Source: Candidatus Latescibacterota bacterium | GTDB lineage: Bacteria; Latescibacterota; UBA2968; UBA8231 | Length of the DNA: 64,000 bases | Direction of reading: 5' to 3' | Assembly (NCBI GenBank): GCA_965215195.1 | Contig: CBDCDC010000002.1 | Coordinates: forward strand, 4,320,001-4,384,000 | In this document: in pieces, positions 1-9,471 of the stretch | Layout: every line of letters begins with the position of its first letter | How positions within the stretch are numbered: the stretch's first letter is position 1 | The notes under the pieces: generated by a model | Database searches by the model: none | What the model was told of the DNA's origin: nothing | Seen by the model: only the letters and a program-made list of their open reading frames with translations | Made by a program: the position numbers and the translations under genes

Positions 1-1
1 T

Positions 2-682
2 TTGATTTTGTATTCGGCCCTGCCGCTAACCGCGCTGATGGCCAGCGGCTGCTACACGGTGCTCAGCAGCCCGTACGAGGTGGCCAGCCTGCACGAGGAG
101 GCACCGACCCGCGATGCAGAGGCACCGACGATTGGCAAGTTCGACGACCGCGACTACATGGACGACTTTTATCGCTATCCGGGTGTGCGCGGCGGCTACG
201 GCGGCTATGGTGGCGGCTATGGCGGCTACGGTCGCTATGGTGGCTACTATCCTACTGCTCGCTATGTACCCTACTACTACGGCTACGGCTACGGCGGCTA
301 CCCTTACTATTATGGCGGCTATGGGCCCTATAGTTATGGCTACGATCCGTACTATCGGAGTTCACGCGGTTACTACGTGTCGCCAGGTTATGAACTGGTC
401 AGCACACGCGAGCTCGACGATTTGCGTGCGGCGAGCCGGCGGAATACGACTCCGATGACGGTCGATCCGGCAGCAGCAGCCGAAGTACAGCGCCGCGAAG
501 AAGAAGTGTGGCAAAGGCGAGTAGAGCCTCGAGTGCGCAATACACCTACGCCTACGCCGCGGTCCTCGGTCAGCACTCCGCCGAGTGCGCCGGCGACGAG
601 AGCGCCCGCAACGACGTCGGCATCAGCCTCAAAGAAGACGGAAACCAAGAAGTCGGCCACGCCCAAGAAGCGACGGCGCTAG
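2..682 (+). CDS. Hypothetical lipoprotein with Gly/Tyr-rich and Pro/Thr-rich low-complexity regions (5' end possibly truncated)
   Basis: Hydrophobic N-terminus ending ASGC (lipobox-like); GGYGGYGG/YYYGYG tract; basic C-terminus. Confidence 0.65.
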   Translation: MILYSALPLTALMASGCYTVLSSPYEVASLHEEAPTRDAEAPTIGKFDDRDYMDDFYRYPGVRGGYGGYGGGYGGYGRYGGYYPTARYVPYYYGYGYGGYPYYYGGYGPYSYGYDPYYRSSRGYYVSPGYELVSTRELDDLRAASRRNTTPMTVDPAAAAEVQRREEEVWQRRVEPRVRNTPTPTPRSSVSTPPSAPATRAPATTSASASKKTETKKSATPKKRRR

Positions 683-705
683 CGTTTATCCGACCGAGTA
701 CGCAC

Positions 706-744
706 AAAGAAGCGGAGGTCCTTTCGTGGCCCTCCGCTTCTTTT
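706..744. terminator. Intrinsic terminator, probably bidirectional
   Basis: AAAGAAGCGGAGG...CCTCCGCTTCTTT inverted repeat just after the ORF stop. Confidence 0.75.
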
Positions 745-785
745 ATGCCTAAGCGGCAGCCGATCTCCTTTGGCTTTTGCCATGC

Positions 786-834
786 TTGACACTCGGATCT
801 AAAATTACGTAAATTTTCAAAAAAATAATACGTA
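786..834 (+). promoter_or_regulatory. Sigma-70 promoter with two TACGTA palindromes (candidate antitoxin operators)
   Basis: TTGACA 786-791, 18-nt spacer, TAAATT 810-815; TACGTA at 806-811 and 829-834; AGGAGG SD follows. Confidence 0.55.
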
Positions 835-846
835 TAGGAGGCTAAG

Positions 847-1101
847 ATGGCTGTTAAAAAGCTGACCCTGAGTGCGCCAGAGGAAGTTATCGCCGAGACC
901 AAGCGGATCGCAGCAAAAAAGAAAACCAGCGTTTCGGCCCTTTTCGTCCGGCTTTTTCGAATTATTGACCAAGAATGCGATCCTAAAGACACCTTAGGCC
1001 CGATTGCGCTCAGTGCATCTGGAATCGTGAAGTTGCCAACGGATCGAACGAAGGGCGAGTTGCTCGAAAGTGCGCTTGCTGAAAAATATGGGGTGCGGTA
1101 G
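847..1101 (+). CDS. Antitoxin, DUF6364-like (ribbon-helix-helix type)
   Basis: KKLTLS..EEVI...KRIA....TSVSAL pattern; 84 aa; overlaps the PIN gene. Confidence 0.75.
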   Translation: MAVKKLTLSAPEEVIAETKRIAAKKKTSVSALFVRLFRIIDQECDPKDTLGPIALSASGIVKLPTDRTKGELLESALAEKYGVR

Positions 1102-1532
1102 TGATCGCGCTGGTAGATACCAACGTTCTGCTGGATGTACTCACGCGCCGCGAACCCCACTATCGAGCCTCTGCATGCGTTTGGACGCTGGCCGAGCGCG
1201 GGGAAATTGCGGCGTTTATCTCAGCCATTAGCTTCAACAACATTTACTACATTGTGCGAAAAGCCGAAAGCAAAACAAAGGCCGAAAAAGTATTGCAACT
1301 GTTGCGGGATACCTTCGACTCCGTAGCTCCCGATGCTAAAATCATCAATCAGGCTATCGACTCAGCCTGCGATGATTTCGAGGATGCCATCCAGTTCCAT
1401 TCTGCCATTCGAGTTGGATCCCACGTTCTAATCACGCGCAATCCGCACGACTTCCCACAGCTAGGGGTCAGCATTGCGACGCCTGAGGAGTTCCTGCAAA
1501 TATGGACAGATCGACTCAAAGAATGCCCCTAA
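1101..1532 (+). CDS. PIN-domain (VapC-like) toxin
   Basis: LVDTNVLLD, DFEDAIQ and ITRNPHDF motifs. Confidence 0.9.
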   Translation: MIALVDTNVLLDVLTRREPHYRASACVWTLAERGEIAAFISAISFNNIYYIVRKAESKTKAEKVLQLLRDTFDSVAPDAKIINQAIDSACDDFEDAIQFHSAIRVGSHVLITRNPHDFPQLGVSIATPEEFLQIWTDRLKECP

Positions 1533-1554
1533 GCGCACTCAGCAGAGGAGCACC

Positions 1555-1587
1555 AGCGGAGGTCCTTTTGCGGCCTCCGCTTTTTTG
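1555..1587. terminator. Intrinsic terminator, near-copy of the one at 711-751
   Basis: AGCGGAGG-loop-CCTCCGCT followed by a T tract, between convergent genes. Confidence 0.75.
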
Positions 1588-1590
1588 TGC

Positions 1591-2280
1591 CTAGTCGCCG
1601 CTTAGATCGAAGTGGCGGGCCTGCGGCTTGGGCGGCGGGGCGATGCGGAAGAGGAAGCGTTGCAGCGGGCGGGCGAGGGCCATGAGCAGTTGGCGCTCGC
1701 CTTGTTTATTGCCGCCGAAGAGCTGTACTTGCACCGGCTGGAAATTGCGCTGTGTGCCCCCCTGCTGCCAGACTTGGTTGGTGTTGAGGTTGATTAGGCT
1801 GACCTTGAGATCTATCGTCAGGTCTATGCCGGGGTTGGGCGACATGCCGTAGGGCGTGGGCGACATGGGCATCATCCGCGCCTGTAAGTGCCTCAGCTCG
1901 ACTAAGACCAAGGCGTCGAGCTCGAGCTCTTCCCTGAGAACGGCCCGTACCGAGTCTTGGTGGACGCTGGTCGAATCGAGGCGAATGTCCTTGAGCCTGT
2001 AGGTGATTTCGTCTTGGTTCATCACCTCGGTCTTGGGCATGTTGCCGAGGCTCCGCACCACGGCGTTGGACAGACGCGCCATGACCTTCTCGATGTCCAG
2101 TTCTCGGAAGGGTTCGATGTTGGTCGCGCAAACGACGCCGATGTGATCGACTTCCGCGAGGAAGGGGCGCAAGACCGGGTCGGGTTGCGCCGGGGCGCGG
2201 AATTCGACGCGCGTGAAAGCACCGCGGCCGCCGCAGCCCGCTAGGCCAATGAGCAGTGCGAGGATGGCGACGCGGATCAA
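1591..2280 (-). CDS. Hypothetical lipoprotein
   Basis: Lipobox LAGC; overlaps the stop of the upstream gene. Confidence 0.7.
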   Translation of the reverse strand: MIRVAILALLIGLAGCGGRGAFTRVEFRAPAQPDPVLRPFLAEVDHIGVVCATNIEPFRELDIEKVMARLSNAVVRSLGNMPKTEVMNQDEITYRLKDIRLDSTSVHQDSVRAVLREELELDALVLVELRHLQARMMPMSPTPYGMSPNPGIDLTIDLKVSLINLNTNQVWQQGGTQRNFQPVQVQLFGGNKQGERQLLMALARPLQRFLFRIAPPPKPQARHFDLSGD

Positions 2281-5200
2281 AAGCTCTGTCCAAAGCTGAA
2301 GTGGAACTTGAAGTCCGAGAAGTTGCCCTGCATGTCCATTTGCCGGGCGAATTCAAAGTTCATCGGCAACAAGAAGTACACTAAGAAGCCAAAGCCGACG
2401 CTGGCGTGTACCTGCCGCGGGGAGGACGCGGGTGCGTCGTGGGGGTTGTGGAAAGGCCACAGATCGATTTCGTCGTCCTCGTCCCAAGCCATGCCCACAT
2501 CCACAAACAGGCTGCCGTCAATAGCCGGAATCAGGAAGGTGCCGGGCCAGCCAAAGAGGATGCCGCGCACAAAGGGGACGCGCAGCTCGGCATTGGTCAG
2601 CAGAACCCGGCTGCCGGTGAAGGTCGAGAACGGATAGCCGCGCAGCGGGCCAGTGTTGAGGTTGAAGCCCGTGTAGAAGGGCAGATACCAAACCGGCCCC
2701 CCTAAGTTGTATTCGAGGGCGTTGCGGCCCAAAGACCCCACGCCATAGGCTCTCAAGCCCAGCACCGACCAACGCCCCAGCCGCACGTATTGGCGATAGT
2801 CCAATTCGAGGTGCGAAAAAGAGCGCGTGGCCGACCCGAGGTCGAGTGTGCGCCCCACCGAGAGAAAGTAGCGCTTGCCAGCGGTGGCACCCAAAAGACC
2901 GTAGGTAATGGAGTCGTGGACGTATGCGGTCTTGAACAGATGAGTACTGGTAGCAGTAGAATCTGCTTCGTAGATGGGACTGATCTGTTCTTCTTGCTCG
3001 CCGACATACGTATAGCTCAGGTCGAGGCGGCGGTAGAGATCGAGCGGATAGCTGGCGTTGGCCAAGGCCCCGCGCTGCTGGAGACGACTAATGCCCCGAG
3101 TCGGGGAGCGGCCTGGGACGATGAAGTTGCGGTTGTTGATGAAGTACTGGTTCCAGTTGAAAATAGATACGCGGTACGTGGGCCGCTTGCCGTAGTAGTT
3201 GTAACTGGCGGCAAAGTTAAAATCATTGCTGATGTCCTGCGCGGCCACGTAATCCGTGGCCAAGATCAGCGAGTGATTGCCCAAGAGGTCGCTCATGCTC
3301 AGTTGGGCAACCGACGATAAGAATCCATCGAAATAGCCCATCTGCACGGAGATGCCATCAAATTCGAGCTTGGGGGTGTAGCGGCGACGGCGCAGTTCCA
3401 ATTCGCCATCGTCGGCCGCGAGTTGGACGGCAGCTTGCGGCTCTTGGGGTTTGGTGGGTGCTGCCGGGCCGCTGGCTTCGGTGGGCGGTGCCGGGCCGCT
3501 GGATTCGGCTAGGAGCACGGCGGCGTCCGAGATCCCCTGATCCTTCAGGGCCAAGACCTGCCCTAGGTCCGGGGTGCCGCCTTGGTCGGAGAGCGCGGCG
3601 TCGCCCTGTACCGCGGGCCGCGCTGGAGGCGGCTCTGGGGCTGGGGCCTCGGTGGCTGCTGGCGGTGCTGCTTCGGCCACGCGCGCCAGCAACTGGGCGT
3701 CTTTGCGCTTGACCTCGGGCCATTCGGGCATGGCCATGCGGTAGAGGTGACTGCGGCCCTTGAAGTAGGTGTTGAACACGATCTGCCGCCCATCGGGCGA
3801 GAGGGCGGGGTTCATAATGCCGCTGAGGCTGCGGGTCAGGCGGAATTCGCGGCCCTCGTCGAGGTGATAGACGAAGAGGTCGTTGATCTTGTCGCGGGTG
3901 GAGACGAAGAGCAGCTTGTTGCCTTCGGGCAGCCACTGAGGCCACAGGTCGTCGGTGGGGCTGGATATGGCCGTGTGCGCCACATCCTCGGTTAGATCGT
4001 AAACTTTGATGTTGAACTGGTTGCGGTACTTGGTGCTAAAGGCGATGCGTTGGCCATCGGGCGACCAATTCGGGTAATCTTCGCGCTCGGGCGTGCCCGT
4101 GAGTTGACGCCGCTCGCCGGTCTGCACGTCAATGATGTAGAGATCGCTCTGGCCCTGTCCGGTGCCTATAAAGGCGAGGCGGCGGCTGTCGGGTGCCCAA
4201 GTTAGGCTCTCGACGAGATCCATATCGGGCAGGGTCAGGGTCTGCACGAGCTCCTTGTCGTAGAGATTCCACAGCATGATGCGGTCGCGGGGGCCTTCTT
4301 TGGCGACAAAGGCGATGGTCTGGCCGTCTTGTGCCCATGCCACAGTACCGCTGCCGATGCTGAGATGATCGTAGTCGGCGGCGCGCATGCTCTCGGTGAC
4401 GCGCTCGACGAGCGAGGCGTCGCGCAGGCGGATGATGTCCACGTGCTGTTCGATCCCGTCTGAGGAGTGGACGGCGAGCATGTCGCCGCTGAGCGACCAG
4501 CAGGCGCTGGAGAAGCTGTGGATATTCTCGTCGTCGCCTATTTTCTCGGCGAATTCAGAGGTGTAGTCGCGCGTCTGCAAGAGGGGCCAATAGGTTTTGC
4601 GCATTTGGGCCGACCAGCGCTCGTCGAGGGTCTTCAAGTCCATGCCAATCAGGCGATCCATGAGCTTGTCGGTGTCGTGCTGGCTGTCCCACAGGCGGAG
4701 GATGCGGCTGATTTTTTCCGGGCCGTACTGCTGGGCAATGTATTCCATGAGCGCGTGGCTCTGCTTGTACGCGAGGAATACGTTGCCTTGGCCCCAAGCC
4801 TGATTCATGGTTTCGAGGGGGATGAGGCCGTCGGTGAGCACGGCGTCGCGGAGGACCATTTCATCGACCGTGTTGCGGCCCGGGGTGGTGTATTCGGCCA
4901 TGCCCTCCATGAGCCAAGTGGGCGGCTGGACGATCGGGCTGGTGATGCGGCGAATGGGGCCTTTGTGAACGATGTCGTACTGGAAAATGTGGGTCAGCTC
5001 GTGGACGAGGACATTGCGGAACTCGTCGAGATCGCCGGCAAAGGGGACGACCATGCGAAAGCGCAGCGGCTCGGCAAAGCCGGCGACCCCGGGCGGCAGA
5101 AAGTCGGGGAAGATATTGGTCTGCTGGAACTGGTAGTGAGACTGATAGATGACGACCGGCGGCCGGTGCGACAGCTCGTGGTGCAGAATTTGGCTGATGT

Positions 5201-5450
5201 GATCGTAGCCCTCTTCGAGGTACTCGATCGCCCGCACGGCCAGATTTTGGAATTCAGGCTCAAAGTGCAGCTCTATGTGCTCGCTTTCGAGGATCTCCCA
5301 CTGGAAGTCTCGATAGCGGACCTTGTTTTTCCCGAATCCCTGCTGTAACTGCAAGGTGAGGATGTCTTGGGCGCCGAGGTCTGCGGTGCCCCAAGCGAGC
5401 AGGGCGGCGCAGGCGAGGCTGCGAAATCTCGTTATAGCCTGCACGTTCAC
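2277..5450 (-). CDS. Outer-membrane protein: zincin/peptidase MA domain + PD40/TolB-like propeller + Omp85/BamA-type barrel
   Basis: HELTH and WLMEGMAE motifs; WSPDG repeats; LRGYP motif; terminal FHFSFGQSF. Start moved to GTG 5450 (or 5444) after AGGAG. Confidence 0.8.
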   Translation of the reverse strand: MNVQAITRFRSLACAALLAWGTADLGAQDILTLQLQQGFGKNKVRYRDFQWEILESEHIELHFEPEFQNLAVRAIEYLEEGYDHISQILHHELSHRPPVVIYQSHYQFQQTNIFPDFLPPGVAGFAEPLRFRMVVPFAGDLDEFRNVLVHELTHIFQYDIVHKGPIRRITSPIVQPPTWLMEGMAEYTTPGRNTVDEMVLRDAVLTDGLIPLETMNQAWGQGNVFLAYKQSHALMEYIAQQYGPEKISRILRLWDSQHDTDKLMDRLIGMDLKTLDERWSAQMRKTYWPLLQTRDYTSEFAEKIGDDENIHSFSSACWSLSGDMLAVHSSDGIEQHVDIIRLRDASLVERVTESMRAADYDHLSIGSGTVAWAQDGQTIAFVAKEGPRDRIMLWNLYDKELVQTLTLPDMDLVESLTWAPDSRRLAFIGTGQGQSDLYIIDVQTGERRQLTGTPEREDYPNWSPDGQRIAFSTKYRNQFNIKVYDLTEDVAHTAISSPTDDLWPQWLPEGNKLLFVSTRDKINDLFVYHLDEGREFRLTRSLSGIMNPALSPDGRQIVFNTYFKGRSHLYRMAMPEWPEVKRKDAQLLARVAEAAPPAATEAPAPEPPPARPAVQGDAALSDQGGTPDLGQVLALKDQGISDAAVLLAESSGPAPPTEASGPAAPTKPQEPQAAVQLAADDGELELRRRRYTPKLEFDGISVQMGYFDGFLSSVAQLSMSDLLGNHSLILATDYVAAQDISNDFNFAASYNYYGKRPTYRVSIFNWNQYFINNRNFIVPGRSPTRGISRLQQRGALANASYPLDLYRRLDLSYTYVGEQEEQISPIYEADSTATSTHLFKTAYVHDSITYGLLGATAGKRYFLSVGRTLDLGSATRSFSHLELDYRQYVRLGRWSVLGLRAYGVGSLGRNALEYNLGGPVWYLPFYTGFNLNTGPLRGYPFSTFTGSRVLLTNAELRVPFVRGILFGWPGTFLIPAIDGSLFVDVGMAWDEDDEIDLWPFHNPHDAPASSPRQVHASVGFGFLVYFLLPMNFEFARQMDMQGNFSDFKFHFSFGQSF

Positions 5451-6034
5451 TCTCCTGTGGATGTAGGTGAATTGTCTGGGCGTCCGGTCCGCGGCGGCTG
5501 GCCATGGTTCAACTTGAATATATCGAGTGAGCCTGTAGAGTCGAGGCTGGCCTGTTGGTATTGTTGCAAGTGGCGCAAATTGGCTGCATAGGCTTCTTGG
5601 GCGGGGTTGAGGGCCTGCGCCCGGCCGTAGAATTGAGCGGCTTTGTCGGTCATGCCGAGCCGCTCGTAGATGACCCCGAGGTTGTTGTGCAGGCTGGCCG
5701 ACAAGCTGTCTTGCGCTAGGGCGCGCTCCAGGTGCGACTGGGCCTCGTTCCACATGGCGTTCTCAATGCACCAGAGCGCGTATTTGTTGACCTGCTCGAT
5801 GTTTTGCAACTGCTGGCGCGAGCGCTTGGGGCGATCTACGACGACTAGCACCGGCGTGGGTTGCACGGCTGCCGCGCTCGCGGCCGTGGTGTCGGCGGCA
5901 CTGACTCGCTCGTAGCCGATGGGTGCGCCCGCTGGCGGCCGGCGCACCAGATCTAGACAGCCGTGCAGACACAGCGCACCCAAGCCAAAGGCCACGAGGC
6001 GCAAGGTGTTTTTCAAGGAGCCATTCACGCGCAA
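5447..6034 (-). CDS. TPR lipoprotein
   Basis: Lipobox LHGC; HNNLGVIYERLG TPR motif. Confidence 0.75.
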   Translation of the reverse strand: MRVNGSLKNTLRLVAFGLGALCLHGCLDLVRRPPAGAPIGYERVSAADTTAASAAAVQPTPVLVVVDRPKRSRQQLQNIEQVNKYALWCIENAMWNEAQSHLERALAQDSLSASLHNNLGVIYERLGMTDKAAQFYGRAQALNPAQEAYAANLRHLQQYQQASLDSTGSLDIFKLNHGQPPRTGRPDNSPTSTGE

Positions 6035-6372
6035 TTTTCCTAGGCGCGAGGTCGTTCTCGCCTTGCGCCATTATAATTAGAAATATAACAAACAGAAACA
6101 CTTTGAACTATTTTCCGCGCTGCTGCCTCCGCAAGCCATCTGTTCCCATCCGGCGACGAGCTAGTTCGGTGCCGCATAAGAGCAAGCGAAAAGGCGCGTT
6201 ATGGCAGAACTTGATTATAGAGAGACAGCGCAAGGGGGCGATTCGTTCCTTTTACTTTATCGCCATCGGCTGGCGGTCCACCGCAAGCTGCGCGGATCGG
6301 TAGCATCCCATCTGCATGCGGGCAATGCGGACGGCTGCATAGCACATAAACTACTTTAGCGAGGGGCGATCT

Positions 6373-7476
6373 ATGCTGAATCGGGTCCTTAAAATTGCGG
6401 CGGCCTTGGCGTGCGCGTGGGCGTGTCCGAGCGGTGCCCAGCCGGTCCACGAGACAGTTGGCTGGCGCCCGACCGCGGTGCCGCTGCTGAATTTTAGCTC
6501 GGACGACGGCATCGGATACGGGCTGCGGGCCAATCTCTTCGAATACGACGGCCAGAGCGTACCCTATCGCCGCAAATACAGCGCCCAAGTATTTATCTCA
6601 ACCAAGGGCAAGTGGGTACATCACCTGCTCGTCGACGCGCCCGAATTCCGGCGCGGACAGCGGCTCGAGGTCGAACTGGTTTACGAGAAGGAGGATTTCG
6701 CCAATTACTACGGCGGCCTCAGCGACGAGGATATCGCCGGGTATTCGCGAGACCAGAGGACGTTCCGGTACGCTTTCCCGGAATTCAAAGTCAAGTGGAT
6801 CCGGACCTTGCGCTTGCCTTGGCGTCTGCGCATCGGGGGGCGTTTGAGCCACAGCGATATCGAGCCAAACGCGGCCGATGGCGTCCTCTCTGCGCTCGAC
6901 CCCCCCGGCGCGGACGGGGGCGCGTTCGCCCAGCTCGTCGGCTCGCTGCGCTACGACACGCGCGACAACTACAACAACGCGACCTCGGGCGTACTGGAGG
7001 AGTTGCTGGTGGACTTAGGGGTTGGTGGCGGTGGAGATTACCGGGGGGCGACGCTCAGTTTCGACCACCGGCACTTCCACGCCTTGGGGCGCGGGCTGGT
7101 GGCCGCCAACCGCCTGCGCGTCAACTGGACCATCGGTGCCCTACCCTTCTACGAGGAACTGGACATGGGGGGCAGCGGCACGGTCCGCGGCCTAGCCAGT
7201 GCTAGGGAGCGGGGCGAAGCGCGGATCGTGTTCAACGGCGAGCTGCGCTGGCGCGGGCTGCCGGTATGGCGTCGGCAGCACCTGTATCTGGGGCTGGTGG
7301 CCTTCGGCGACATCGGGCAGATCTTCGCCCGCGACGCGCTGCCAACGAGCGGCGGGTGGCGTCGCGGCCGCGGCATGGGGCTGCGTTGCCACTGGCAGAG
7401 CACGATCGTGCGGGCCGACTACGGCACCTCGGGTGGCCGCAGGGCACTCTACATCACCTTTTCACAGGTTTTCTGA
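6373..7476 (+). CDS. BamA/TamA (Omp85) family barrel protein lacking POTRA domains
   Basis: Signal peptide; YDTRDN, GGSGTVRG and terminal YITFSQVF motifs. Confidence 0.8.
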   Translation: MLNRVLKIAAALACAWACPSGAQPVHETVGWRPTAVPLLNFSSDDGIGYGLRANLFEYDGQSVPYRRKYSAQVFISTKGKWVHHLLVDAPEFRRGQRLEVELVYEKEDFANYYGGLSDEDIAGYSRDQRTFRYAFPEFKVKWIRTLRLPWRLRIGGRLSHSDIEPNAADGVLSALDPPGADGGAFAQLVGSLRYDTRDNYNNATSGVLEELLVDLGVGGGGDYRGATLSFDHRHFHALGRGLVAANRLRVNWTIGALPFYEELDMGGSGTVRGLASARERGEARIVFNGELRWRGLPVWRRQHLYLGLVAFGDIGQIFARDALPTSGGWRRGRGMGLRCHWQSTIVRADYGTSGGRRALYITFSQVF

Positions 7477-7492
7477 GAATCCTCAGGGCGGC

Positions 7493-8191
7493 ATGGAACT
7501 ATTCTCGGCGCGCCACCTGTTCTGGATCGGAGTGGCCGCGCTCTTCGCTGCGGGCTGCGCCAATATGAGGCGCTGGCCGCCGACTGGGCGAGCCCATGCG
7601 GCCTTCCGGCTCGCGCTTTTCGCCCTTGTGCTGGTCAACGAACTCGGCTGGTTCGCCTATCGGCACTTCGTCGTTGGCATCCCCATCGCCGACAACTTGC
7701 CCCTGCACCTGTGCGACTTGTCGGTATTCGTCCTGTTCGCCGGGCTGGCAACAGGTGGGAGGCTGTGGTCCGAACTGGCGTATTACGCGGGGGTAGTCGG
7801 TGCTCTGCTGGCGGTGTGTTTCCCGGCGATCTCAGAGACCGGGTCAATCCGCTTCATCGCCGAAATCCGCTATTTCCTAACCCATGTGGCCTTGGTCGGC
7901 GCGGGGTTCTATTTCACCTTTGGCTGCTGCTACCGCCCGCCAGCGCAGGCGATCCTGCGCAGCTATATCGCCGTCCACCTCTACGCCTTGGCCATTACCC
8001 CGCTCAATCTGTATCTCGGGACTAATTACTTTTTTACGCTCTCAGCCCCTAAACAGCTCGCCTTTATCCACGCCTACCCGCACGGGCTCTTCCTAGTGGC
8101 CGTCTCGGCCATCTTTCTCACTGTTTTCGCTCTAATGCACCTGCCCTTTGCGTGGCAGCGTAGTCGTCGCGGCGACTCGGCCCGCCAATGA
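7493..8191 (+). CDS. YwaF/TIGR02206-family membrane protein
   Basis: LPLHLCD motif and GTNYFF; multiple TM helices; start at ATG 7493. Confidence 0.8.
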   Translation: MELFSARHLFWIGVAALFAAGCANMRRWPPTGRAHAAFRLALFALVLVNELGWFAYRHFVVGIPIADNLPLHLCDLSVFVLFAGLATGGRLWSELAYYAGVVGALLAVCFPAISETGSIRFIAEIRYFLTHVALVGAGFYFTFGCCYRPPAQAILRSYIAVHLYALAITPLNLYLGTNYFFTLSAPKQLAFIHAYPHGLFLVAVSAIFLTVFALMHLPFAWQRSRRGDSARQ

Positions 8192-9470
8192 AGCGCCAGC
8201 AGGCCGTGGTGCTGAGGAGCAAGTAAAAAGGCGCGTATTGCGCCCACAAAACCCACGGCTTTTCGCGCCACACGCCTTCGCTGCCATAGCCGATCTGCAC
8301 CTCGTAAGCGAGGAAGATCAAGCCGCTGAGGAGCATCCAAGCGGGACTAAAAAAAAAGGCGAGGAATGGGAGGATCCAAAGCAAGTACCAAGGATGCACG
8401 GTCGGCGAGAGCAGGACGTAAGCACCGAGGGTTGCAAAGGCGGCTCGGTAGGGGTCGCGGCAGCGGATTTGGACGCCGAGGGCTATCACGGCGAAAAGGG
8501 CCGTGCAGAGCCAGCGAGCGTGTGCGTAGGCGTGGCCGTCCCACGGCTGCAAGGCAAAGCGCAAGAGCGAGTAGGCCGCCGCATTGAAGTGCCAGTGTTG
8601 CACGTAGGTCATAAGGCCGGTCGCGAGCTTTTCTCCGGCGTCGGCAAAAGGCCAAAAGACCAACAGCCCCAGCATTGGAAACAGCAGCAGGGCACTGCGC
8701 TGGCGGAAGCTGAACCAAGGGGCGCGAGGGCGACGCCAAAAGGAGGGCAACAGCGCAAGGGGCACTAGTTTGACGAGAAAGGCCCCGGCGAGGGCGCAGA
8801 TGGCTGCGGCCCAGCGCTGGCTGTGGAGTGCGTACAGGGCCGCGAAGAGGAGCAGCACGCCTAGCGCGTCAATGTGGCCGCTACCGGCGACCTCGACTAG
8901 GGGCAGGGGATTCCAAGCGTAGAGCACGACGCGGCGCGGGTCTTGGCCGCGCCGGCCGAGGATGTGTGCCAAGAGCAGGCAGAGGCCCCAGTCGCAGAGC
9001 AGCAGGGCCAATTTGAACGCGGCCGGCGTCGCGCTTAGCGCGCAAATCGCGCGAAAGAAAAGCTGCGCCAGCGGCGGATAAATCGTGGGAATGGCGGCGT
9101 GGTTGACGCTGGGGTAGAGCGCGTCGCGCAGGTGCGCCACCTGTGGTGCCGAGGGCGCGTAGAGGTACGGATTGATGCCGGCTAGCTGGACGCGGCCATC
9201 CCAGACGTAGCGGAAAATGTCGTCCGAGAGCGTGGCCGGGCTCCACCACAGCGTCAGGCGGAAGACGAGGGCCGCGCCGAGAATTAGGTGTGGTCGCCCG
9301 GAGGGCGCGCCGGGTCGCAGGACGAGGTACGCGGCGAGCGCGTAGCAGCAAAAAGCGGGAAAGACGCCGGCCCACAGCGCCCCGATCTGGCGCTGGAGAT
9401 CGCCGAGAAAGACCAGATAGCAGCAACAGGCTTCAATGGCACTGGCGAGCAGCAGCAGGCGGATGGGCAC
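8118..9470 (-). CDS. GT87/DUF2029-like membrane glycosyltransferase
   Basis: SDDIFRYVWDG, INPY, TIYPP, YAWNPL, GHIDAL and PTVHPWY motifs. Confidence 0.8.
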   Translation of the reverse strand: MPIRLLLLASAIEACCCYLVFLGDLQRQIGALWAGVFPAFCCYALAAYLVLRPGAPSGRPHLILGAALVFRLTLWWSPATLSDDIFRYVWDGRVQLAGINPYLYAPSAPQVAHLRDALYPSVNHAAIPTIYPPLAQLFFRAICALSATPAAFKLALLLCDWGLCLLLAHILGRRGQDPRRVVLYAWNPLPLVEVAGSGHIDALGVLLLFAALYALHSQRWAAAICALAGAFLVKLVPLALLPSFWRRPRAPWFSFRQRSALLLFPMLGLLVFWPFADAGEKLATGLMTYVQHWHFNAAAYSLLRFALQPWDGHAYAHARWLCTALFAVIALGVQIRCRDPYRAAFATLGAYVLLSPTVHPWYLLWILPFLAFFFSPAWMLLSGLIFLAYEVQIGYGSEGVWREKPWVLWAQYAPFYLLLSTTACWRFIGGPSRRDDYAATQRAGALERKQ

Positions 9471-9471
9471 G

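Noticed and set aside
190-345. Tandem GGCTAC/GGCTAT repeats as a possible CRISPR or VNTR
   Set aside because: Codon-level Gly-Tyr repeats; no repeat-spacer structure and no cas genes.
5451-5753. N-terminal extension of the 1158-aa ORF
   Set aside because: Overlaps the TPR gene in another frame; the SD and signal peptide point to 5450/5444.
8118-8191. 74-bp convergent overlap of the YwaF and GT87 genes
   Set aside because: Low-information tails; common stop-codon drift in GC-rich genomes.
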